A stretch of DNA of 64,000 nucleotides from Tubulanus polymorphus (taxonomy: Eukaryota > Animalia > Nemertea). Made by a program: the position numbers and the translations under genes. Positions within the stretch are counted from its first letter, which is position 1; every line of letters starts with the position of its first letter. Positions 12,901-24,937 of this stretch are shown in pieces. Location: the NCBI RefSeq assembly GCF_964204645.1, contig NC_134028.1, positions 24,424,345 to 24,488,344 of the forward strand, in the 5' to 3' direction. The notes beneath the pieces are model-generated. The model saw only the letters and a program-made list of their open reading frames with translations. It did not search any database and was not told where the DNA came from.

Positions 12901-15900
12901 CGTTTGTGTCATTTAGATAATGCTTTTCAAAGCGGATTCTCTGCTTGCATTGCGGTCGCACAAGAAGCGCCTGTTCGCACCTATTGCGGTATCTTTGCAG
13001 AACGTCCCGTATCATTACAATTGCAACGATCTAATTTTCATTTACCATGTTTTTTTTCTAAATGGATATAGTGTACCAAGAAGCCGTCGTAAGTTCTAAA
13101 ACACCTACGAATTATGGCCCATCGGACAAGCACGTAAAGCCGAGAGTAAGTTCTTTAAATATATATGTAAAGTGACTCGAGACGTAAATTTGAGGATGAT
13201 TTTCTTAGAAATCTGTCGAAGTAAAAGTACTACTGACCTTTAATTTCCTGAATAGAATACAAACCAAGTAGACAGGTCCATAATTCTGGGAGGCTGATTT
13301 GAAATATCCTAAAACATATATAACTTAATGCATCCACGCGCCGGCATAAGATATATTTTTCCCAAGAATAAATACCTGGGGCCGGGATTTATAGACAGGT
13401 ATTCAATTGGGTTAACCCCCAGATTGAAGATGAGTACCTATCGATAAAATCGGGTCCTGAAATTTCATAGCGAGTGTATATGAAATAATAAGTGTGATGA
13501 GACATACGAGGACCTACATCACACATGTAATTGAAGGAAAGAATATAATTTTCTCGGAGGGTGTGGAAAATTCAGTTGTGAAGTTAATGAATTATGTATT
13601 ACTGTCATTTTTCTCGAAACAGGAACCGAAAAAAATTACTAAACAGCAACTCTCGAAATATGAACAGGAAAGAAACGACAGAGCGGAGGTAGGTTTTTCT
13701 CAGATATATTTTCGATGCATATTTTGTATCGACCACACCGGATAGTGGCCATCCTGCGCCAACAAAATAAACCCTTCTGTTCTAGGGCCGGTTCCATAAG
13801 TCCACACTTTAGCCTAAAAGTTGACCTTAAAACTGGTCTTAAGTTGTTAGATTGGCTACATAGATAAGATGGTCGTTGTCTGGTCTTAAGTCTAAGCCAT
13901 GACTATATGCCCTTGGTGACTTGCCAAACATATGAAAACATTGTAATTTACAAACATCTGGCATAACGTCACTGTGAAACTGAAGTTACAGTAAAACAGT
14001 TGTTATCACGTCCAATATGACATATTTGAACGACACGTGTGACGTCCGGGCATAAACTTAGATTTGGAATAGATTTGCATTTTTTTTCAACCAACTGACC
14101 TCAACAGCCGATTGAATCAGTCCTGATCACAATGTATTGTATATAACGAAGTTGGTTTCGTTTACAGATACGCTCGACGATGATGGGAGCTTTGCTCGCG
14201 GCACCGACACCGGATCTCAACGTAGTAACGACGTTATTGAGCGCTGGTGTAGAAGTTGTAAAAATGCCAGAAGAACTCACCACCGCAACGCAGGTATAAA
14301 TAACGCAATGGGATAGAATAAAACGAATTCATGCAGTAGATGCCATGTAAAATGTAACTTAAATGGCAATACAAAATGCCTTTTTGTATTGCATTGTGTA
14401 CTTAAGCTAAAAGATGATACCTTGTTTCTCCTAATCGGCCGCATCATTTTATAAAGCCAGTTCATTTATATAACTGCCGGGCTGTTACGGTTAGCTTGAT
14501 CATGATATCTAAGTAATGAAAAGGGAAAATAGGCGGTCGGCTAAGTTTTAATATCGGAAGAAATGATAAACAAGGTATCAATTTCTAGCTTAATCAAACG
14601 AACGACATGTCGCCTCTTAATTGGTAACATAGTGTATCCATTCATCCAGCCAGTATTCCCCATCAGATACGAGGATGTTTTTGTTTTTTGTTTCATGGCA
14701 GAAAACGTCAACTACTTTACTGGACAAATCCTTAAATATCATGCTAGACCAAGCAAAGGTTGCTACGAAAGAACAGTTGGTTTCCTCAGCAGAACAGTGG
14801 TTGTCAATGGCAGGATTCGTAGTTCAAGTAAGCGCATGGTTCACCTTTAAAAAACCCTCCGATTATTTAAGATTAGGAGCCTGATACTTTGATATCTAAA
14901 TGTCAATCATCGTTTATCCGAGTAAAGTCTATGCATTGAACTAATTTCCATCAAAATAGAATACACTCCTATAAGACACGCACCAATGTCATAACTAGGA
15001 ATATGTTGATGTATTCGAGCGTTTTCCTAAAAATAAATTTGGTTTTCGATTCAAGGGAGCGATTCACGGTGCCTACAACCCAACGATAGCTGACCGGGTT
15101 GCGGCTGCGAATACGCCAGCATTCCACTACGACACTGACCTCGATTCCTCTGGTTTATGTAAGTACTACCCATAATTTAGAGCTACGACATTAGCGTAGA
15201 TGACACAGCTATTATAGAGGTTCTAGATGAACCTCCTCCATTGGGACCGTGACTGAAATATGGCCTTGATGAACCTATGTTGAAGCTAAATTTGTTCGAA
15301 CCATTATCTATCATCGTGTAGGGTTGGAAGGCAACAGTCTCCAGGAAGATTGGAGTACCCTCGCTGGCGAAGCACATCAGGAGGTTCAAACCAAAACAGA
15401 TGTGAGTTACAAAACATAATTTCGACCATCTTCATCTTTAGAATGAAAATTGTTCAAATCGTCGTTTCATATTTGTTTCTAGGGAAAAGAAATAACACAA
15501 AATATAACGACGATGCGAGGACATCTCCTGGATGAAATTCTAAAGAGAACGACACCAGGCTCTCCAGAGTTGATTTTGAATACCAATTCGATGGCCGTAT
15601 CACTTCGCAAGGACTTGGCTAGCAAAGTGACCGAAACACCAGTGAATGTGGGACGCAGTCGGATCAACTTGCCGTCAGCCAATAGCTTGTTACCACCTCC
15701 ATACAATGCCGATTCCATTGTTCAAACCCAGGTAAGAATCAGTTCTATCGATTTCAGTTTGGCGAGCTCTGAAATCATTATCGTACTGACTTCGGGCAGG
15801 ACACTATCCTCATAACCTCTCTACACCCAAAGAAAATGGGTATCCGGTCTGATAGATGACTACTTTACTAATCAGTTTACTTTAGTTTACTTTTCCCCTG

Positions 15901-18900
15901 GAGATGATACGTTGGTAGAGGTTTACGGCTGGGGGTAATAGTACCAACCAATGAAAAGTACCTTTGAACAGTGAAAAGGGTGCTGTAGAATATTCAATTG
16001 TTTATTCTAAAAGCTTGGAGACAATATTTGTGATATCCCTATTTTTGAGTATAAGGTCTACATGTATTTACAAATATCTTTGTCATACTCATCAAATTAG
16101 TTACCAAACCTAATTTCCAATAGTTCAATTCAACCATTCAAAACACTGCGGATATTCTGAGCAAACGACCACAGGACAAAATAACTTGTTCTATATTTAG
16201 AGATGTCTATACAGATATTTAGAGAGCTAAAACTCTAAGTTTATTCGATAGTACATCAGTCATTAAGGAATATCCATAACTAAATGACTGATTGCCAATT
16301 GCACTACTTATGATTTCATCATTGCGGCTTAGTTTTTTCAGTTCTATCCTCACTATATTTAGATTGTAGCTATGCCATGCACTTCAGTCTACACCGATAA
16401 TGTCAATCTACCCCTGAACGCCGAATACATCGATGTCAAGTTGAAGGACGCTGGTGGAAAGTCGATAGTAGTGAGCCATATGAAAAACGGAGGGATGGAG
16501 ATCCAGTCGAACGCGCAGGATCCGGGCACCGAAATCGATTTCAAAAACCAGCCTCTTACGGACGTCGTTAAGACGCTGTACTCCCCTTATCTACTTTACA
16601 CTTATAAATCAACGACAGTAACTAACGCAAACTCGGTGGTGAATATTGAAGTACTTCCTGATAGCGATACGGCTAAATATCTCGTGTTCACTGACTGGCA
16701 CGAGCTACCAAATATCACCTCATCACAATACGGCAATATCTACGAATTGCCGCACTCATCTGTGACTGTCGATCCAAGTAAGTTTCCTGTTGTCAGAAAA
16801 ACGCTTTATTAAATGCTTGATGGAATCGGTATTGTTTAGGAAAATGACTTCGTTCGCACCGAGTGGATACTAAATCGCTCGAAAAAAGATGTTCGGCATG
16901 TTCTAGACATTTCTTCAAAAGAATTCAGCATGTCGATGACATAGGACTGTTTTTTTTCGATGAACATTGATCTTTACCCTTTAAGTCATATTTGTGTGAA
17001 TTCAGGTGCGGTTTATGCTGGTTATAAGTATAAGCTTGTTTATTTTGAGTCGGTGGATGGCGTCTTATTGAATCAGGAACCTTTCCGTTGATGCAGGTTG
17101 CACATTTTGATACTTATCCTCTTGGATATTGTATCATTCCGTGGGAAGATCTGCTTCGTCCGAGGATTGCCCTCCCTCGCCTTCCACATTCCACATATAT
17201 CCCTGATTTATCGATGATGCAGCCCCAGCTTCTCAGTATCATAACGGAAATGGAACAATAATAAATTACGAATCGTTTCACAATGCAGTCCGTAGCACTA
17301 TTCCATATACGCAGAAATCTTTATTTCTATTTAAAGGTTACACGGCTTTGGAAAAAAAGAAAATGAGATATACGATCAAACTCGACTGTACCGTGGAGAA
17401 TTGTACTACTCATCTGTACTACGGAATACGAGAGCTTCATCCCGATGAAAGCAACGTGTATTCGATGACGAACCCTCCTTCACCTGAGCAATGGACTAAC
17501 GCGACGTTTTCCACGAATTTCACATCGCGCGTTTACGTCACCGGTTGCAACTATTACAACACGAAAATGGAGTTATGGGATACGACAGGCTGTACAGTAA
17601 GTAATAGTCGAGCTTTGATGGTGGCAAACGCCACCCCCCGAAAATGAACAAATTACCATCCGTAAAGCGCTTCCCGTTGACTGACCCTTTCAGTTTGGTT
17701 CAACCCATGACCAGCGGTCATACGAGCACCGACAGTGAGTGACAGCAATACGTATGCAGATAGAGTCCACTCTTTTTTTTCTTTTTTTGATCTTAAAATA
17801 GGGATTGACCCTGTTATTTATTTGGTTGGTAAATTTCGTTAGCATTTTTTGATTGAGTGTCCCTTACAAACCCACCACACCTGCCGGGAGCGAAACAGGG
17901 AGTTTGATTTTGAAATCGGGAACTCTTAAAAGGGGCATTCAGGTCGACTGTCTACGCAGGCTTACATCGATCGTTCTGTTTAACTTCTTCCAACCTCGAC
18001 TAGATCTAAGCCGCGCCGATAGAAAGTAACTATTTTCCTTCTGAAGACTTTTACCATATTTCAGCTTTCGTTTTATTTCAGGTCAGTAGTAAAACCAACT
18101 CGAAGATCATTGCGTGTGTTTGTACTCATTTGACAACATTCGCCGGTGGTTGGATCGTGGCTCCGAATGAAATCGACATTTCTTACATATCGAAAAACAG
18201 CGGATTCGACAAAAACGTCGCCATTTATACTTTCATTATAGTGGTCGTCGTTCTTTATTTGGTTGCAGCGATAATCAGTTTCCATTTTGACCGTAAAGAT
18301 AGGCTTAAGGTATTGATTGAAAGGTTTAACTAAAAAAAGTGCACTTTTAAATTTGGATTTCCCACATTTTTCTGATGATGTTCTTTGTAGCTCGGATGTA
18401 CACCACTTTCGGATAACGACCCGAAAGACAAATATCTTTATGAAATACTCGTAGCGACTGGTCACCGGACGAATGCTGGAACCAAATCAAAGGTATGCAT
18501 AAACTGAGAACATATTTCTGCTCGAATCGGGTACGTTTACCCACCGGTCAATGCTCGCAGATGTGCTAGTGGGCCCACGAGTTTTGAGCCTCCCCAGTGG
18601 ATGACACGAAAATATTTCATATTTTCTGGTATGTCACGCGACTTCGGAAACGGTGATAGGCTAACACTGATGTTACAAGAAAATGATTGAAATCATTTTT
18701 ATTTTCTACCCATGTACTGCTTTACGGACATACCTATAGATCATGCAGTTCTACTAAATTCGTTTCGTTTGAGTCTTATTACCGTTTATTTGACGTCACG
18801 ACATGGCTCTGATGAATGAAAGAGCATTTATTCTTTTAAATCTGCTGTTTATATTGTCGTGCATCTAATACACAGGTTAACTTCATTATATCTGGTGAAT

Positions 18901-21900
18901 ACGACGAAACAGATGTACGAATTTTCGAGGACGAGAAAAGAGCGATTCTGCAACGAGGACAAGTCGATTGCTTCCTGATGTCGGTTCCAAGGTAAACAAA
19001 CATTATCCGTAACGCGATCGTCGTCTTTTTCATCGGGGTGAAGACATTTAATGATTGAGCTCTTCATTTAGGCCGCTTGGTCAGTTGAATTATATTCGAG
19101 TGTGGCACGATAACTCCGGAAAAGGACAGTACGCCTCGTGGTACCTGAAAGAGTTCCTAATCAGAGACGTTCAAACGAAAGAGAAGTTCAATTTCGTCTG
19201 TAATCGTTGGTTTGCCGTCGAGGAAGATGATGGACAGGTAAGTGTTGAGTAAAGTGGCTGTTTGCTTGATTGATCACAATTCTACATTCAATTAGATTAA
19301 AATCAACTTTTCCAATCAGTAAATCAATTATCAGTTACATTTATACTTTAAACTGAATGGAAAAGGGAATCTAATATCTATTAGATGGCTTGTTCAGTTG
19401 AAACATCCAGTTGAAATTTCATCGAAGGAACTTATCTTAAACTATGAATGATTCAGCGCGCTATCCGGGTTCGATTGCTCAAAGATGGTTCAAGATAATC
19501 CGTGGATAAATACCATAGTTCCGATGAACTTTTAATATTGTCACTATATCAACTCTCCATTGGTTAACTCTAAACAACTTTTGAGCAACTGGGCCCTGGT
19601 ATGTGCCGATACCCCAACAAATATGATTAAAAAAGACATGACTCGTCACTAGAGAATAAAAACATCAAAACTAAATCTAACATTGAGAAGACTCGATGTT
19701 TTGGTCTCCCGCTAAAGACTTATCACTTCTTTTAGTATAAAGTCGATCATATTCATGAAATTGTAGGTCGATCGGCTGATACCGGTAGCTGGTAGGGAAG
19801 AACTGACCGAATTTACGCATCTATTCACGAAGACTTCTCGACAAAATCTCAGCGATGAACATTTGTGGTTCTCGGTGGTTGGACGACCGGCCGCCAGTCG
19901 TTTTAGTCGTTTAGAACGACTATCGTGCTGTTTCCAACTGTTGTCGTTGAGTATGATGGCGAACGCTATGTTCTACAAGAAAGACGAAACAGCGCCGTCA
20001 GGAAGTCAGCTCAGTCTCGGGCCGTTCGCGTTGTCACCAACACAGGTATAGCAACGCTGTCTACGTTATATACGAATTCCTTTACCTATGAAGCAAATCT
20101 ATTTTTCTATTCTCCACAGTTGAGTGTGGTTATTCTATTCAATCTATCGATATTTCATAGATAATAATGATGATTCATAATAATGATAATTATTCAGCCT
20201 AAAATCCATAAACATGTGCTCATCGGCTGTACATCATACATAAAAAGAGAACATAGAAACAGAGAAAACTAAAACGAGTTTAATTAAGAGCTTTAATGAA
20301 CAAATGGGTTTGTTTCTAAGCAATGAGCTTAGATTCAAAAACATCGATTGAAGGACTAGATAACCGATAGAATCTTGAGAATTGTTCGTTTTTATCGTTT
20401 TAAAAGATAATGATCGGCGTGCAGTCGAACCTCGTCGTGTTTCCGGCTACGTTCTTAACCGTGCTGTTCTTCCGCAAGTCGAGACCGCGCAAGAAACGTC
20501 CTTCGCGAATATCCGAAGCCGTGCGTAAATACATGGTAATGAACGACCACGTCTCGGCGTCCGTCAGCGAAATAAAGGCCGAAGTCGAATCCAGTCTTCA
20601 GATTCAGGTGCATAAAGATCCCGAAAAACAGCCGTTCGCCGACGCGCCGCACGATGCCAAGGACAACGACAGCCTGACGAACATCTCCAAATTACAACTC
20701 GACGAAAACCCGCCCAAAAAGAAAAAGGCGTTCAGTATGCCGTGGTGGTGTCGTTATGTAGGCTGGGCCGTGTTATGGATATCAGTACTGGCAGGGTTTA
20801 CCGTGGCCACTATGACAGTGATTACATTCGGAAAGGAGTCTCCGACGAAACAAGAGAACTGGCTGAAATCAATGGTGATATCGTTTGTAATGGATGTATT
20901 CCTTACGCAGCCCATTAAGGTCAGTATTTTATTGAAAGTGCTCCAGTGATGTTCGAGGTGATTTTTACTGAATGCACTATCGACGGGATGAAATCTGTTG
21001 CAGGTTTTCCTCATTGCGTTGTTCCTGTCATTGATTATGAAGAAAACGGCAGAAGAGGAAGAAGAGGAGGACGACGAAGAAGATCCACAGCTGTTACACG
21101 ATGAAGATTGGTTACATCAATCACAAGATGGTTGTAAGTCATAAACGCTTTTTACATATTCGAGAACACTACCATAAAATACCATACGGTACCATATCAA
21201 ACCATACCATAAGATACCATATCATACCACATCATATCAAACCATACCATACCATACCATATCAAACCTTACTATACCTTAAAACACCATACCATATCGA
21301 ACCATACCATACTATAAGTTACCATATCCCATACCAAACCATACCATACCATGAAATACCATAACATGTCATACCATACCATAACGTACCATACAACATC
21401 ATATCAAACCATGCCATACCATCCCATATCAAACAATACCAGACCTTAAGATACCATACCATATCAAACCTAACTATACCTTAAAACACCATACTATGTC
21501 AAACCATGCCATGTCATAACATGCCATATGAAACCATATAGAACTCTACCATAAAACCATGCCTTACAATATAAATCTGTAACATACCATAAGATACTAT
21601 ACCATAAGAAATTATACCATATCAAATCATACCATTCCATGAGATACCATACCATAATATACCAAACATTACTTTATCTTTTATATCAGACCATACCATA
21701 CCATATCAATCAGTTGCGACCAATCTTTTTCAGCGTACGGTGCCGCTCGTCCACGTAAAATCGCGTATCGTCCGCCGGATCCGGACCTGCTGGAACGAGC
21801 TCGCGAACAACGACTCAAGGAAATACAAATGTATAATATCATCAGAGAAATCATATTCTACGCTCTTTTCTTGTGGGTTCTTTTATCGGTCAGTTACACG

Positions 21901-24253
21901 TTCAGAGATCCCTATTCGTATAAGATGAAAGACCATCTGGAGAAATTCTTCATCGGAAAAGGTGGACCAGTCAACGACTATTCGGCCGTAAGTACACAGC
22001 AAGTAATTTACGGCATATTTTCGTATAATTTTACGGCTTTGATCTTTATCAAATTTTTTTCGGTGTATAAATCAAGAATATATTCCTACTTGCTGTAATC
22101 AAAGTATCATAAATGGTATAATGTAATTACAGATTCAGAATCACTCTGCCTACTGGAAATGGGTTCGCGAAGTCTTAGTTCCAAATCTACGCGCTGATGT
22201 ATGGTATAACGGTTCCCCTCCTTACGGTCAACGTGGCTTCCTCGCTGACAGAATCAACCGGATCATGGGCTACGCGGTAATGCGGCAGCTGAGAGTCAAA
22301 CCGAGTTAGTATATCTATCCTACGTTTGATGTTGTCTGGGGTGAAGTCGTGTAGGGAGAACAATACATGTGACCTTAGAAAGGACCGCTGCTCGTCACAT
22401 ACGATCAGGGTCGGTTGTTGGATAGTGGGATAGACAAATACCATACGATGGCGACAAACGCACTTTCAATATATGAGTGAAAACCCACAGCCGATGATTA
22501 AACCATTTATTTTCTGTTTTAACTCCCAATACTGAGATTAATATCAGGCACTTTCAATTTGTCACTAAAGCATTTACCCGCCTGTTAACTTTAACCAACT
22601 TTTGGAAAACTTACCCTAGGGTTTGTTGTGCAACTGGCTCCAATTTGTGAAAACGTTTCAAAGTGCCTTGAAGAAGTTTTCTTGTCATTTGCAGATACGT
22701 GTAAGATGTTGAAACAGGTCGCGCAACTGTGCAACGAATGTAACGAAGATTACAGCTTGTTGAATCAAGACGAGGGAAACTACGGACCCGGTTGGGTTGA
22801 GATGACTAACGGTTCGGAGTACGAAGGATATCACTTTAATTCGTCGTCACAGTTACAGGGCTGGCCGTACGTCGGTAAATCGAACATCTATCTGGGCGGC
22901 GGGTACGCTGTTGGGATGACCGGCAGTTTAAAGACGTTGCTGAAAAAGATGGACCAATTATACGACCAGACATGGATTGATAGATATACTAGAGCCGTGT
23001 TCGTCGAGTTTACCGTCTACAACCCGAACGTCAATATGTTTGTCGTTTGTACCATATTATCGGAATGGCGCCCCAGCGGTGGAATGATGCCGAGCTGGCG
23101 TTTTGAACCTGTCAATCTGCTAGGAGACTATACCAGCGGTGCCAAGCTTTACGAAGTCATATGCCAAGTTCTGTTCCTGGTGTTCATCGTTTATTTCCTG
23201 ATACGTGAAATACGCATGCTCATTCAGATGAAGACCGAATATTTCAAGCACATCTGGAACTGGGCGGAAATATTTGTAATCGTCGGGTCGATATTTGCCA
23301 CGTGCATTTTCTTTTACCGACTGATAGAAGCTAAACGCCTGGTCGCTACGTTCGTCAAATCGAAAGGCATGAAATACATCAAATTCCAAGCTGTCGGGTA
23401 TTGGAACGAGTTCCTCGGCTATCTCATCGCTTTCTTGGTTTTCGTGGCCAATTTGAAATTCATCAGGTTACTTCGTTTCAACAAACGAATGTCTATGCTG
23501 AGTTCGACTCTGCGAGAATGCCGTAAAGATCTGGCGTCCTTCGCCGTCATGTTTGCCATCGTCTTTTTCGCTTTTGTCCAACTGTTCTATCTGCTCTTCT
23601 CGCGACAGTTGTCGTCTTACTACAGCTTCGTCACGTCTGCCGAAACCAGCATCGAAATCATGCTCGGCAAATTCAATTTCAATTCGATGATGAAAGCCGA
23701 GCCTGTCCTGGCACCGCTTTTCTTCTTTTTCTATGTATTGACGATCATGTTCATCATGATCAGCATGTTTCTCACTATACTCAACGATACGTTCACTCGC
23801 GTCAAAAACGATCTGTCGCTACAGGCGAACGATCACGAAATGGTTGCCTTCATGATGACTCGTCTACGAATGTGGACCGGGCTCAGCGGCGCTAAGCCGA
23901 CTGTCAACCCTTCCGATGACGAGTTGAACAACAAGAAAGGCGCTACGGCGGGCGTGTCGCCAGCTTTCGAAATGGAGATCGACAACTTTCCAGAAAAAGT
24001 TGAAAAACTCCTCGAATACATTAGCAAGGTTTACTTCGACCATGACAAAATCGATGCCATATTAGATCCCGGGAAATCGGGCGCAAGTAAGGACATGATG
24101 AAAAATATCATGAAACAAAACAACCTCAAAAGTAACGCGAAAGCGAATAACGTGCAAAATCACGGTTTGGGCGAGTGGAAACCAATGCCTGACGTTGAAG
24201 ATATTGACAGCGACATTAAAAAAGGCAACAAAGACGCAAAGAGTAAGATTTAA
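923..24253 (+). CDS. Polycystin-1 family (PKD1/PKD1-like/REJ) protein, multi-exon, 5' end probably upstream of window
   Basis: Phase-consistent GT-AG exon chain: 923-1092, 1558-2266, 2684-4093, 4287-4469, 4588-4829, 5243-5396, 5651-5745, 6060-6989, 7085-7262, 7778-7934, 8344-8540, 10045-10305, 10901-11070, 11585-11753, 13072-13145, 13623-13688, 14168-14293, 14702-14827, 15056-15158, 15322-15401, 15483-15731, 16363-16777, 17337-17596, 18082-18309, 18391-18492, 18876-18991, 19072-19237, 19767-20045, 20407-20919, 21004-21133, 21734-21987, 22133-22304, 22695-24253 (TAA). Motifs: about 10 PKD repeats (WEFGDG, WTMGDG, FDYGDG, IDYGDG); REJ (SLDPD, FVWYC, NRAPQGGKC, CTDWYDED); GPS (WDTTGC...CVCTHLTTF); PLAT/LH2 (YEILVATG, IRVWHDNSG..ASWYL, CNRWFAVEEDDG); SRFSRLERLSCC; polycystin channel domain (WIDRYTRAVFVEFTVYNPNVN, RLLRFNKRM). 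Confidence 0.95.
7490..7705 (+). repeat. Dispersed repeat family B (representative copy)
   Basis: ggttg(c/t)cggtcaatt..a..caa.t..cga and aagttagtttt blocks shared with about 5040-5172 and 27835-28220. Confidence 0.65.
9819..9941. mobile_element. Fully palindromic (foldback) MITE-like element
   Basis: tatgttggctgattcgggccat...tctgtacgtctagaggcacga is the imperfect reverse complement of tcttgcctctagccgtacaga...atggccccaatcggccaccata; about 55-bp arms, about 13-nt loop. Confidence 0.75.
13378..13459. mobile_element. Short TIR MITE
   Basis: ggggccgggatttatag ... cgataaaatcgggtcc imperfect terminal inverted repeats, about 80 bp total. Confidence 0.55.
13785..13912. mobile_element. Dispersed MITE family A (representative copy)
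   Basis: Core ggtcttaagttgttagattgg...ggtcttaag..taagccatgactat recurs at about 10520-10635, 26840-26950 and 30085-30205, and inverted at 37276-37391 and 38681-38821, where GGGCC/GAGGCC..GTT terminal inverted repeats are visible. Confidence 0.7.
19467..19597. mobile_element. TIR MITE (gggcccagttgctcaaa-type ends)
   Basis: gggttcgattgctcaaa ... tttgagcaactgggccc imperfect TIRs. Confidence 0.6.
21160..21710. repeat. Degenerate pentanucleotide satellite (CATAC/ACCAT)n in a polycystin intron
   Basis: About 550 nt of imperfect accat/accata units between exons ending 21133 and starting 21734; explains the spurious HTIPY-rich ORF 21101-21364. Confidence 0.9.
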
Positions 24254-24931
24254 CAATTGAAAAGTGCGTTCGTCGCAATTATCGCCAACATAAAGGCGGA
24301 ATAGTTACGTGTTAATAACTTCATAATGAAAATACAAGAACAAAATGGTACAAACATCCGTCAACCATTGTGTAGACATAACTTAATAATTTCATCGAAA
24401 GATTTTATCACGTTTTAGTCAGATTATTTAGTATTATTTGTCCTAACACACCGTATTCATATTCCCAACACAATTACATATACCGGGTATACGCGCAAAT
24501 CACCTACAATTTCGATGAGTCGTTTATGGTGATCCGCTTGTTTTGGCGACGTAGATAGTAACAACCCGCTACAATATGACTGATATTATGTTAGTGTGTA
24601 TCTTGTAGTAGTTGAAGTTAAAGCCGATTTTTCTGTTTTCCGACGGCCGCTTACATCCACTCTGCGTTCGTGTTTTAAACAGGAAAAGATGCTCTACTAA
24701 TAATGCGCAGAATCTAATTGCTAACTGCTATTCACATGAAATATTGTTATAATCAACGCTTTAAATCGAATACGAAAACGTTACGTGTTAAAAATGGCAA
24801 AAAGTCTCTATTTTGAAATTACTGATGTGAAATGTATTTTACTACGTGTTCGATTCGATTTGATTTGATATCGAGTGCCGTCCATTTTACTGCTGACTAC
24901 AATATAAATTTCTGTGGTGATAACTGACTGA

Positions 24932-24937
24932 AATAAA
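24932..24937 (+). terminator. Candidate polyadenylation signal of the polycystin gene
   Basis: AATAAA about 680 nt after the stop codon, followed by a T-rich tract; other AATAAA hexamers exist nearby. Confidence 0.35.

Noticed and set aside
17000-17290. GC-richer intronic segment with short ORFs on both strands
   Set aside because: Flanking polycystin exons join in phase without it; no recognisable domain; probably a decayed repeat.
21101-21364. 87-aa His/Tyr/Pro-rich ORF
   Set aside because: Translation of the (CATAC)n intronic satellite.
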